From assembly GCA_015233195.1 (NCBI GenBank), contig JADFYE010000004.1, forward strand, positions 2,411 through 66,410: 64,000 bases of DNA. Reading direction: 5' to 3'. Below the pieces are notes generated by a model. That model did not search any database and was not told the DNA's origin. It saw only the letters and a program-made list of their open reading frames with translations. The position numbers and the translations under genes are program-made. Numbering within the stretch: position 1 is the first letter of the stretch; the number at the start of each line of letters is the position of its first letter. Of this stretch, positions 35,499-44,049 are shown piece by piece. This DNA comes from Candidatus Omnitrophota bacterium (lineage in GTDB: Bacteria; Omnitrophota; Gorgyraeia; Zapsychrales; Zapsychraceae).

Positions 35499-35627
35499 CA
35501 TTTTGTTAGGGAAATTGGGTGAAAATCCCAAACAGTCCCGCTGCTGTAATAAATAGGGACAGACGCTATTTTTTGTTGAAAAAATAGCGTCTGTCCCTGT
35601 TTATAAGTCAGAACGCCTGATAAAATG
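35499..35627 (+). promoter_or_regulatory. Cobalamin (B12) riboswitch aptamer
   Basis: Conserved core 'GGGAAATTGGGTGAAAATCCCAAACAGTCCCGCTGCTGT' and B12 box 'AAGTCAGAACGCCTGA'. P1 is CATTTT (35499-35504) / AAAATG (35622-35627). The peripheral arm is a perfect 19-bp hairpin at 35556-35597. Confidence 0.85.
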
Positions 35628-35689
35628 TAAAGTTGTCCCTCTAAAGTCCGCGCGAGACGTCTTTATTGGAAAATATATTTTATAAATAG

Positions 35690-35725
35690 ATTCTCATTGA
35701 ACTTTCTCGATGAGAATTTTTTTTT
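35690..35725 (+). terminator. Intrinsic terminator / riboswitch expression platform
   Basis: ATTCTCATTGA (35690-35700) pairs with TCGATGAGAAT (35707-35717; one G.U). The loop is 6 nt and is followed by T8 (35718-35725). It lies between the aptamer and the btuB start. Confidence 0.7.
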
Positions 35726-35742
35726 GGAAGGAAAAAATCATA

Positions 35743-37728
35743 ATGAATAAATTATTTATGTTGGGGTTTTTAAGTTTGGGGTTGTTAGTACAAAATGTGA
35801 ATGCCAGTGAGGAGCATTTGGAGCCGATAGTGGTTACAGCTACCCGGATTGGTCAAAGTGATTATAAGTTGGCGAGTAATGTTACGGTTATTGATCAATT
35901 TGATATTGAGCATTCTACCGCGAAAACTATTCCGCAGATCTTAGAACAAGTTCCAGGTATTTATGTTTATGACAAGAATTCTGCTAAGACTTCAACTATT
36001 GATATGCGGGGGTTTGGCGATACCGCTACCCGCAATGTGCTGGTCTTAGTTAATGATCGCAAGATTAATGAGATTGATATGTCAGGTCCGGATCTTTTGC
36101 AAGTTCCTTTAGAGGCAGTAGAACGTATTGAGATAGTTCGAGGAGCAGGCAGTGTGTTGTATGGGGATAATGCTGTAGGCGGGGTTATAAATATTATAAC
36201 TAAAAAAGGTAAAGGTAAAATGTCAGGTCAGGCTGGAACATATTATGGAAGTTATGATAAAAAAGGCGGGCATGTGCAATTGTCAGGGGCAGAGAAAGGG
36301 CTGTCATATTTTTTAAGTTCTAAATATGCGGACGACCGGGGGTATAGAACTAACAGCGACGTGTTAAGCGCGGATTGGAATACTCGCTTAGGATATGATT
36401 GGAATGATAAGATCGACGTGGATTTTGAATATGGTTTGCATAAAGATAATTATCAGCTTCCCGGCGGATTAGACGAGAATGAGTTAGCAGCTTTGGGACG
36501 CCGTGGTTCTGCTAATATTGGCGACCAGGCTGATACCAGAGATGAATTTTATCATACAACATTTAATATTAATCCTTGGCCTAAAGAGATTAATGGCGGT
36601 AAGGTCGCGTTAGATTATATTTATCGGGATAAACATGTATATGATACTTTTTCTGGAAGCTGGAATACGGATCGTGACATTACCAGTAATGGTATATTGG
36701 GTAAATATATGTTTGATTCACAAGTATTTGATCATCAAGTTGATTGGGTAACAGGCTTTGATTATTACACTAATCAAAGCGTTATCGTCGGCAGTGGCAG
36801 TAATACGGATAATTTGGTTATTTCAAAAGATGAAATTGGGATTTATGGTTCAGGAGAATTTGAAATTTTAAGTCATTGGTTTGCAAATGGCGGAACACGC
36901 TATCAAAGAGCGTATTACACTTTTAATCAGCGTAATGGTTCATCGGATACAGAGCGTAAAGCTAATCAATGGGTTTCTATGGGCGGGACTCGTTATGAAT
37001 ATGCTCAGGGTTCTAATGTGCATCTTAATGTACAACAGACTTTTCGTTTTTTGACTACTGATGAATGGTATAGTTCGTGGAGTGGATTAGATACTACGCT
37101 GAGCCAGCAAATAGGTATTCAGTATGAGGCAGGGATAAAACATAATTATCATGATTGGATCGAAGTTGATTTAACTCCGTATTGTATGGAAAATAAAAAT
37201 GAAATATTTTATGATCCTAATTTTGGCTTTTGGGGAGCTAACCGGAATTATGATAAGACCAGAAGAATTGGAATTGAAACTGGTTTGAGTTTTGATTTAT
37301 TGCGATTTTCTGATTTGTCTTGGCTGACTAAATGGCAATTTAAAGTTAATCATACTTATCAGATTCCTGAGTTAGTTACTGGAGTTTATAATGGCAAAGA
37401 TATTCCTTTGGTACCACGTCAACAAGCAAATGCCGGGTTTTATTTTTCTTTATGGGATAAAGTTGATATTTCTTTATTAGGTCAGTTTGTTGGGGATAGA
37501 TATATTATAAATGATCTGGCAAATGTGATGCCAAAAGCTAAACCTTATTTTGTTTTAGGCAGCAAAATTTCTTATAAACCAGTGCAATTCTGCGAGTTTT
37601 ATCTTTCCTTGAATAATATGACAGACGCAAATTACTCACCGTATCAGGTCAAAAAAACTAGCAATACCCGAGATTATTTTCCGGCTGAAGAGTTTAACTT
37701 TTTGGCAGGAATGGATTTGAAATTTTAA
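35743..37728 (+). CDS. btuB: TonB-dependent outer-membrane receptor, probably cobalamin (BtuB-like)
   Basis: Signal peptide 'MNKLFMLGFLSLGLLVQNVNA', plug domain 'EPIVVTATRIGQ...VIDQFDIE' and a terminal aromatic '...GMDLKF'. Controlled by the B12 riboswitch. ORF-track ATG 35710 lies inside the terminator stem, and ATG 35743 has an RBS (ggaagg). Confidence 0.8.
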   Translation: MNKLFMLGFLSLGLLVQNVNASEEHLEPIVVTATRIGQSDYKLASNVTVIDQFDIEHSTAKTIPQILEQVPGIYVYDKNSAKTSTIDMRGFGDTATRNVLVLVNDRKINEIDMSGPDLLQVPLEAVERIEIVRGAGSVLYGDNAVGGVINIITKKGKGKMSGQAGTYYGSYDKKGGHVQLSGAEKGLSYFLSSKYADDRGYRTNSDVLSADWNTRLGYDWNDKIDVDFEYGLHKDNYQLPGGLDENELAALGRRGSANIGDQADTRDEFYHTTFNINPWPKEINGGKVALDYIYRDKHVYDTFSGSWNTDRDITSNGILGKYMFDSQVFDHQVDWVTGFDYYTNQSVIVGSGSNTDNLVISKDEIGIYGSGEFEILSHWFANGGTRYQRAYYTFNQRNGSSDTERKANQWVSMGGTRYEYAQGSNVHLNVQQTFRFLTTDEWYSSWSGLDTTLSQQIGIQYEAGIKHNYHDWIEVDLTPYCMENKNEIFYDPNFGFWGANRNYDKTRRIGIETGLSFDLLRFSDLSWLTKWQFKVNHTYQIPELVTGVYNGKDIPLVPRQQANAGFYFSLWDKVDISLLGQFVGDRYIINDLANVMPKAKPYFVLGSKISYKPVQFCEFYLSLNNMTDANYSPYQVKKTSNTRDYFPAEEFNFLAGMDLKF

Positions 37729-37754
37729 TAAAGAGGTAGATAGAGTAGATTAAT

Positions 37755-37780
37755 GGGTCGACTTTTTGTCGGCCCTTTTT
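37755..37780 (+). terminator. Intrinsic terminator after btuB
   Basis: GGGTCGAC (37755-62), loop TTTTT, GTCGGCCC (37768-75; one G.U), then T5. Confidence 0.65.
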
Positions 37781-37793
37781 ACTTATTTTTTTA

Positions 37794-37821
37794 TTGACCA
37801 GCGTACATTTATCATTATAAT
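37794..37821 (+). promoter_or_regulatory. Sigma70-type promoter of the glycan cluster
   Basis: TTGACC (37794-37799), a 16-nt spacer, then TATAAT (37816-37821), about 100 nt upstream of the first cluster gene. Confidence 0.5.
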
Positions 37822-37827
37822 AATGAC

Positions 37828-37850
37828 AATTGTTCAAATTTTGAACGATT
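37828..37850. promoter_or_regulatory. Candidate operator palindrome
   Basis: AATTGTTCAAATTTTGAACGATT has 10 of 11 arm positions complementary, and the core GTTCAAA-T-TTTGAAC (37832-37846) is perfect. It starts 7 nt after the -10 box, over the expected transcription start. Confidence 0.4.
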
Positions 37851-37918
37851 ATTAAAATGTAAATGGAATATTTAATTTTTTATGTTTATTAATTATATTA
37901 TTTAGCAATAGGGATTAT

Positions 37919-38473
37919 ATGGTAAATACAGTAAAAGATTCTTTGGATGAAAGAGATTTTGAATTAATCAATATTGTAGGAAGTGGTGAGGGCACTAATC
38001 AGCGTATATTAGCTGAAAAAATGGGGCTCTCTTTGGGATTGATCAATCTTTTGGTCCGCAGGTTAGTTACAAAAGGGTTTTTGCGTATCCGGCAATTGAA
38101 TAAAACCAAAGTTGAATATATGTTGACGCCTAAAGGATTTACGCAAAAAGTAAATAAATCAGTTAGTTATGCAGTAAAAACTATAAAATCTATAGGAATT
38201 ATCCGTTTGGAATTAAGACATATTATTGAAGAGTTTCAAGCGCAAAAAAAATCAAAGTTTTTAATTTTAGGGGAAACGGATTTGGTATTTCTGGTCGAAG
38301 CGACATTTCAGGAATATTACACAGCAGCTTATATTTTGACAAAAATATCGGAGATTCCGAGTGAATTAAATGATGTTATTTTATTGATTTGTTGTGAAGG
38401 ATATGAGGGTGGCGCATGTCCGGTTGGTGCAGTGAATTTAGTAGAACGAATATCATCAAAAATGGTTTTTTAG
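37919..38473 (+). CDS. Winged-helix (MarR-like) transcriptional regulator
   Basis: 'NQRILAEKMGLSLGLINLLVRRLVTKGFLRIRQ...VEYMLTPKG' is an HTH plus wing. First gene of the cluster. The C-terminal ~90 aa are unassigned. Confidence 0.65.
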   Translation: MVNTVKDSLDERDFELINIVGSGEGTNQRILAEKMGLSLGLINLLVRRLVTKGFLRIRQLNKTKVEYMLTPKGFTQKVNKSVSYAVKTIKSIGIIRLELRHIIEEFQAQKKSKFLILGETDLVFLVEATFQEYYTAAYILTKISEIPSELNDVILLICCEGYEGGACPVGAVNLVERISSKMVF

Positions 38474-38475
38474 AT

Positions 38476-40194
38476 ATGAAGAACGAAATTAAATATGTTG
38501 GGGTTGTTCAAGTTACTAATTGGTCGAACATGTTTCCTGAAAAGTGTTTGCAGGAACTTAATGACGGGTCGGTACTGGAATTTTTGATACAGCAATTAAA
38601 GAAGGCTGATTTTTTGGATGAGATTATTATCGCGACTACGCAGGAGCATTTTGATGATTCGATCGCAAAATTGGCAAAATCACGGGGTATTAATTTTTAC
38701 CGGGGCGATAAGCGTGATATTATTTCTCGTATTTATCATGCGGTCGAAGCTTATTCTCCGTCGGGTGTTGTGCATGTGTTAGGTAATAGTCCTTTGATCG
38801 ATATTGAAAAAATGCGTGAACTGGTTGAGGTTCATCGTAAAGCAAAATATGATTTTTGCTACAACGAACATGCTAAAGGGATTATTTACGGGATGGGATG
38901 TTCGGTATTTTCTTTTGATGTTTTGCGGCGATTGTATGAGAATCAGGATCTCACGTTGCTGCAAAGGGAAACGGGTTCGTTTTATATTCGTCAGAATCCG
39001 GAAAAATTTAGGATATATTCTCAAAAATCACGTTTTAATCGTCCACAATATCGGGTTTGTGTTGATGAACCGCGTGATATTGAATTGATCAAGTCCATTA
39101 TACGCGCTGTACCGGATATTAATAATGAAAGTGTTGGTCGTTTTCTGGATGAGAATTTATTGTTGACGGAATATCAGCATCAAATTCGTCTATCCGAAGC
39201 TGGGGTTGAAAAAATATTTTTGTTCCCTGAAAAAATTAAGACCTATCAATTATCGGATTTTGACGTGACCTACCCTCTGGTTCTGGAATTGTCATTCACC
39301 AACCGTTGTAATTTTTCATGCGTGTGGTGCTCAGACCGTGATTTGCGGGCTAAATTGGGCGGTGAGTTGTCGGTTGACGCTTATGAACGTCTTTTGGATG
39401 ATGTTAGTAAAGGCGGAACAAAATCGATAGTGGTAGAAGGCGGCGGAGAGCCAACGCTGCATCCATATTTTAATGACATGGTTCGTATGACTGTAAAAAA
39501 AGGATTGGATATTGGGTTAATTACAAATGGATCAACTTTGATTGACCCTGAAATTGTGAATTTATTTAAATGGATCCGGATATCTCTAGATGCGGCAACC
39601 GCGGAGCAGCACGCTAAATTCAAAAAAGTTAAAATGTTTGAAAAGATAATGCAGAATATCCATTCGATCGGAGAACATAAAAAAGAAACGGTTTTAGGGA
39701 TTGGATATGTAGTGACTAAACATAATGTGGATAATCTGGAAGACCTGATTTTGAGATTGAAAATGTATAATGTCGATTATATTCAGTTTAGACCGGTTAT
39801 TGATCATCCGGATTTATCTTCGGGTATTGACCTTTCTTATTTATCCAAGTACGCGATGCCAAATTTCAGGGTTGATATTTATGCAATGAGCGCCAACGTG
39901 AAAATAGGGAATGATCACCGGAAATGTAAGGCGCATAGTTTGAGTACTGTGGTTACAGCTGACGGCGGTGTGTATTTGTGCGGTCGGTTGAATATTTATG
40001 ACTGGTGTAAACCGATCGGTAATATTAATCAAGATTCTTTTCATGATATGTGGTTGGGTGAAGAACGGAAAAGGCAGAATGAGGAAGTACTAGACCCGGA
40101 ATTTTGCTTTAAAAATTGTCCGACTTGCCGTATGACAAAATATAATATTTTGTTGGATCAAATGGAACATATTAAAACCAAAACTTTTATTTAG
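38476..40194 (+). CDS. Fusion: SpsF/FlmC-like cytidylyltransferase domain + radical SAM domain
   Basis: The N-terminal half ('EIIIATTQEHFDDSIAKLAKSRGINFYRGDKRDIISRIYHAVE') looks like SpsF-type cytidylyltransferases. The C-terminal half has 'TNRCNFSCVWCSD' (CX3CX2C), 'EGGGEPTL' and a second Cys cluster 'CFKNCPTC'. I prefer ATG 38476 (2 nt after the upstream stop) to the overlapping ATG 38416. Confidence 0.7.
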   Translation: MKNEIKYVGVVQVTNWSNMFPEKCLQELNDGSVLEFLIQQLKKADFLDEIIIATTQEHFDDSIAKLAKSRGINFYRGDKRDIISRIYHAVEAYSPSGVVHVLGNSPLIDIEKMRELVEVHRKAKYDFCYNEHAKGIIYGMGCSVFSFDVLRRLYENQDLTLLQRETGSFYIRQNPEKFRIYSQKSRFNRPQYRVCVDEPRDIELIKSIIRAVPDINNESVGRFLDENLLLTEYQHQIRLSEAGVEKIFLFPEKIKTYQLSDFDVTYPLVLELSFTNRCNFSCVWCSDRDLRAKLGGELSVDAYERLLDDVSKGGTKSIVVEGGGEPTLHPYFNDMVRMTVKKGLDIGLITNGSTLIDPEIVNLFKWIRISLDAATAEQHAKFKKVKMFEKIMQNIHSIGEHKKETVLGIGYVVTKHNVDNLEDLILRLKMYNVDYIQFRPVIDHPDLSSGIDLSYLSKYAMPNFRVDIYAMSANVKIGNDHRKCKAHSLSTVVTADGGVYLCGRLNIYDWCKPIGNINQDSFHDMWLGEERKRQNEEVLDPEFCFKNCPTCRMTKYNILLDQMEHIKTKTFI

Positions 40195-40201
40195 GAGGCT
40201 T

Positions 40202-41176
40202 ATGCGATTTACAATCGGCTTTGATCTAGATGACAAGAAAAAAGTTTTTGAGTGCTGGGATGAGATCATCACAACGCATAAATGGAGCGAAGGAAAATAT
40301 ACGGAACAATTCGAGGAGAAATGGAGTAGATATCACAATTTGGATTCTGTTTCTTTCGTGAATTGGACTGGCGCGGCGTTGGCTGTCATTGAATTTTTTA
40401 AGTTAAAAGGGGAAGTTATTCTGTGCCCGTCGAATACATTTATGGCTACGCCATTATGTATTATTAATGGCGGGGCGAAAGTAGAATTTGTGGATTGTAA
40501 TCGGGATGATTTGTGTATGGATGTGGTTGATCTGAAGAAAAAAATTGAAAAGTTTAAACCAAAAGCGGTGTGTGTGGTGCATATTGGCGGGCATATTGCG
40601 TTTCAGATTAAAGAGATCGCAAAATTGTGTAAGGAAAAAAATATTGTCCTTATTGAAGATTGCGCGCATACGCATGGCGCGTCGTGGGATGGGGTTCGGG
40701 CAGGCGCGTATGGAGATGTGGGATTGTATTCATTTTATGCTACGAAAACTATTTCAACCGGTGAAGGCGGGATGCTGGTAACAAAAAACAAAGCTTTAGT
40801 TGAGTTTGCCCGTAAATTTCGTAACTATGGAAAATTTGATTATGTGGTGCAGGGCATTAACGCGCGTATGAGCGAATTTACTGCAGCGCTCGGATGTGTC
40901 CAGATTGACCGCTTGGACGATATTATCCGTTGGAAAAATGAATACGCGAAAAAGCATTTGGACCCTAAATATCCAAAACGTATGATCTTTCCGAAGGGAA
41001 TGATATCTGGTCTATATAAGTATATAGTTTTTGATCCGATCGAGAAATCTACGGGAAAAGTATACGATCAGCCGTGTCATCATTTTATTAAGCGGGATTA
41101 TCCATTGCCGAATACAGATTGGGTAGCGCAAAATCATTGGTGCGTGCCACTTTATTATAAAGGCGAAGAACTTTAG
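40202..41176 (+). CDS. DegT/DnrJ/EryC1-family sugar aminotransferase (SpsC-like)
   Basis: 'ILCPSNTFMATPLCIINGGAKVEFVDC', 'EDCAHTHGA' and the PLP-lysine region 'SFYATKTISTGEGGMLV'. RBS aggagg. Confidence 0.8.
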   Translation: MRFTIGFDLDDKKKVFECWDEIITTHKWSEGKYTEQFEEKWSRYHNLDSVSFVNWTGAALAVIEFFKLKGEVILCPSNTFMATPLCIINGGAKVEFVDCNRDDLCMDVVDLKKKIEKFKPKAVCVVHIGGHIAFQIKEIAKLCKEKNIVLIEDCAHTHGASWDGVRAGAYGDVGLYSFYATKTISTGEGGMLVTKNKALVEFARKFRNYGKFDYVVQGINARMSEFTAALGCVQIDRLDDIIRWKNEYAKKHLDPKYPKRMIFPKGMISGLYKYIVFDPIEKSTGKVYDQPCHHFIKRDYPLPNTDWVAQNHWCVPLYYKGEEL

Positions 41177-41187
41177 AGAGGTGAATT

Positions 41188-41856
41188 ATGAAAAAGATCC
41201 TGGTGCTAGCTCCGCATATGGACGATGAAACGCTTGGATGCGGCGGTGTGATTGTGAAGCATGTTAAATCTGGAGACGAAGTTAAAACGTGTTTTGTGGC
41301 GCATCGAATTTACGACCATAAATTCGATGAAACAAAAAATCAAAAGGAAGAAGCGTGCGCATTAGCAGCTCAAAAAATATTAGGCTATCAAAAAATTAGT
41401 TTTCTTCGACTGAATGATGAACGGCTTGACGCGTGTGTTCAGGAAGTGCTGGTCCCGTTGGAAAAAGAAATTATAGATTATAAACCGGATGTAGTTTATG
41501 GACCTTTTTGGCAGGATAATAATCAGGACCATAGGGCAGTGTTTGAGGCGATGCGCGTGGCACTTCGTCCGGCTGGAGCGTCATTTGTAAAAGAGTGGCT
41601 GGTTTATGAAGTTCCTTCATCGACTGAACAATCTCCGGCTGTTCCTGGACGAGTGTTTCAGCCGAATTATTATGTGGATATTACTTCAGGAGTAGAAACA
41701 AAGTTAGCTGCAATGGGTTGTTATCAAACTGAAAAACGGGTGTATCCACATCCGCGTTCCGAAGAGGCAATCAAAATATTAGCCCAATATCGAGGGATTC
41801 AGATCGGATTTAATTATGCGGAAGGGTTTATCAGATTAAGGAGTAAATGGTCATGA
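41188..41856 (+). CDS. PIG-L/LmbE-family N-deacetylase
   Basis: 'ILVLAPHMDDETLGCGG' (PHxDD motif) and 'NQDHRAV'. 222 aa. Confidence 0.8.
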   Translation: MKKILVLAPHMDDETLGCGGVIVKHVKSGDEVKTCFVAHRIYDHKFDETKNQKEEACALAAQKILGYQKISFLRLNDERLDACVQEVLVPLEKEIIDYKPDVVYGPFWQDNNQDHRAVFEAMRVALRPAGASFVKEWLVYEVPSSTEQSPAVPGRVFQPNYYVDITSGVETKLAAMGCYQTEKRVYPHPRSEEAIKILAQYRGIQIGFNYAEGFIRLRSKWS

Positions 41857-42470
41857 TTTTAGGCATTATTCCGGCACGAGGCGGCAGTAAAGGGATCCCG
41901 CGAAAAAATATTAAACCTATTGCGGGCAAACCTTTGATCGCGTGGACGATCGAGGCAGCTGCAAAATCAAAACTGATGGATAGGTTTGTGGTATCAACAG
42001 AGGATGATGAGATTGCAGCTGTAGCGCGGCAATATGGGGCAGAGGTCGTGAAGCGTCCGCTTGCGTTGGCAGGCGATGATGCTTCTACAGTGGATGTCCT
42101 AAAAAATGTGGCTGAGCAGATTCCCTGTGATACTGTGGTTTTACTTCAGGTGACATCGCCGATACGTAAGGATAACTTGATTGATGAGTGCATCAAAGAA
42201 TTTCAGCAAAAAGGATTTGATTCATTAGCCACAGGGTTTATATGTAAATACGTTGAGTATGGAAAAAATACGCTGCGCAGGCAGGATATCAAAGGATTTT
42301 TTTACGATGATGGTAATGTGTCTGTGGCAAAAGCATCATTCATAAAACAAGGCGATCGATTTGGAAACAAATTAGGGTATAAAGTGATTTCTCGTCCTGA
42401 AAATATTGATATTGATGATGAGTTTGATATGTGGATGGCGGAAAAAATTTTATTGGAAAAAAAGTATTAA
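41853..42470 (+). CDS. neuA: CMP-nonulosonic acid synthetase (acylneuraminate cytidylyltransferase family)
   Basis: 'IIPARGGSKGIPRKNIKPIAGKPLIAWTIEAA' and 'LLQVTSPIR'. ATG 41853 forms an ATGA overlap with the PIG-L stop and has better spacing from AGGAG than ATG 41847. Confidence 0.8.
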   Translation: MILGIIPARGGSKGIPRKNIKPIAGKPLIAWTIEAAAKSKLMDRFVVSTEDDEIAAVARQYGAEVVKRPLALAGDDASTVDVLKNVAEQIPCDTVVLLQVTSPIRKDNLIDECIKEFQQKGFDSLATGFICKYVEYGKNTLRRQDIKGFFYDDGNVSVAKASFIKQGDRFGNKLGYKVISRPENIDIDDEFDMWMAEKILLEKKY

Positions 42471-42484
42471 ACGCTTGAGGGCAG

Positions 42485-43168
42485 ATGATTGTCGCTATAC
42501 AACAACCGGAACATTTACCTTGGATCGGGTTCTTCAACAAAATGACCAAGGTGGATCTTTATATTTATCTGGATAATGTTCAGTTCAAAAAACGTTATTT
42601 TGAAAATCGGAATAAGATCATAGCCTATAATGATGAAGGTTGGGACTGGATTACAGTTCCGGTTAATACTAAAGGGAAATTTACCCAAAAGATTAATGAG
42701 GTTTTGATCGATCAAGAAGAAGAGTGGTCAGATAAATATTTGAACAGGATCAAAAGCGCGTATGGGAAAAAACTATTTTTTCGGGAATTTTTTCCAGTTA
42801 TCGAAAGTATTATTCAGAAAAAAGAATCAAAATTGGTTGACTTGAATATTGCACTCATTGAAGCAGTGAGAGATTATTTAGATATAAGTACTCCAACAAA
42901 ATTTGCATCTGAAATTCTTGAAGGAAAAGGGAGTGATCTAATTTTGGATTTGTCCGTAGCTTCCAAAGCGGATGTATATGTGTCTGGACCAGATGGACGG
43001 AATTATTTAGAACTGGATAAGTTTAAAGATGTGGGGATCCAGGTTGAGTATCACGACTATGTTCATCCTGAATATGACCAGCATACCCAGCCGTTTATTT
43101 CACATATGTCGGTCATAGATTTGATTTTTAATTATGGGAAAAAATCTATTGATATTATTCGAGGATAA
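42485..43168 (+). CDS. WbqC-family protein
   Basis: 'IQQPEHLPWIGFFNKM' N-terminal signature typical of WbqC-like proteins of amino-sugar clusters. Function unknown. Confidence 0.65.
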   Translation: MIVAIQQPEHLPWIGFFNKMTKVDLYIYLDNVQFKKRYFENRNKIIAYNDEGWDWITVPVNTKGKFTQKINEVLIDQEEEWSDKYLNRIKSAYGKKLFFREFFPVIESIIQKKESKLVDLNIALIEAVRDYLDISTPTKFASEILEGKGSDLILDLSVASKADVYVSGPDGRNYLELDKFKDVGIQVEYHDYVHPEYDQHTQPFISHMSVIDLIFNYGKKSIDIIRG

Positions 43169-43173
43169 ATAAT

Positions 43174-44049
43174 ATGGGGCACCATACAATAATTATTGCT
43201 GAAGTCGGTGAATGCTGGAATGGGGATGTTGATCAGGCTAAACAACTGATCGAATCAGCTGCTCAGGCTGGGTGCGATTATGTTAAATTTCAGACATTAG
43301 ACCGGGAGACAGTAAAAGATGATGATCCGGAACGGGATTGGTTTCTCAAGGTTGCTTTAAATGAAGACCATATCAGAATTTTTATCGACCATGCCCGGAA
43401 AAACAACATTAAACCGTTATTTACTCCTGCGAATTTACAAAAGATCAAAATGTTGAAAGAAAAGTTTCACCAGACAGAAGTGAAGATCGCGAGTTCGGTT
43501 TCTTTTGACCAAGATGTTATTGATTATGCGGCTGGACACTTTCAGAAAATATTTGTTTCTTCAGGGATGAATTCCGAGAAAGACGTAAAGCATTTGATTA
43601 AGGCACTGCACAAGCCTAAAAATGAACTTTATATTTTTCATTGTGTTTCCGAGTATCCTACTGGACCGCTCTTAGACAAAGAGGGTTTGAAAGCTTTATC
43701 GGAAGAGAATGTTCAGTTAAAAAATATGGCATGGTTAAAAAAGGCGTTCCCTCGTCATCATATCGGTTATTCTGATCATACGGTCGGCACATTAGCATCT
43801 GTATGCGCGGTAGCTGCAGGTGCGGAAATGATTGAAAAACATATTACATTGGATCGCGAGAAACCGATACGTTTGTATAACACAAAGACCGGATATTTGG
43901 GCACAGATCATGTGTTGTCTTTGGAACCAAAAGAATTGGTTGAGTTTGTAAGTCAGATACGTAAGGTCGAGAAAATTATGGGTCAAGAAGGGTGGTATCG
44001 CAGCGAGGGAGAAAATTTATTGAAGAATTTTTTGGTAGGGAGGTTTTAA
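43174..44049 (+). CDS. NeuB-family nonulosonic acid synthase paralogue lacking the C-terminal SAF domain
   Basis: 'IIAEVGECWNGD', 'CVSEYPT' and 'GYSDHTVGT'. It is only 291 aa and ends soon after the TIM barrel. The usual 'NHNG' is replaced by 'CWNG'. Confidence 0.7.
   Translation: MGHHTIIIAEVGECWNGDVDQAKQLIESAAQAGCDYVKFQTLDRETVKDDDPERDWFLKVALNEDHIRIFIDHARKNNIKPLFTPANLQKIKMLKEKFHQTEVKIASSVSFDQDVIDYAAGHFQKIFVSSGMNSEKDVKHLIKALHKPKNELYIFHCVSEYPTGPLLDKEGLKALSEENVQLKNMAWLKKAFPRHHIGYSDHTVGTLASVCAVAAGAEMIEKHITLDREKPIRLYNTKTGYLGTDHVLSLEPKELVEFVSQIRKVEKIMGQEGWYRSEGENLLKNFLVGRF

Noticed and set aside
35710-35742. N-terminally extended starts given by the ORF track: 35710 btuB, 29121 ccdA, 38416 fusion gene, 47639 methyltransferase, 55082 aminotransferase, 57199 SDR and 60658 neuB.
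   Set aside because: The extensions overlap the upstream gene or a terminator stem and add non-homologous residues. In each case an internal ATG with an RBS or an ATGA stop/start junction gives the expected family N-terminus.
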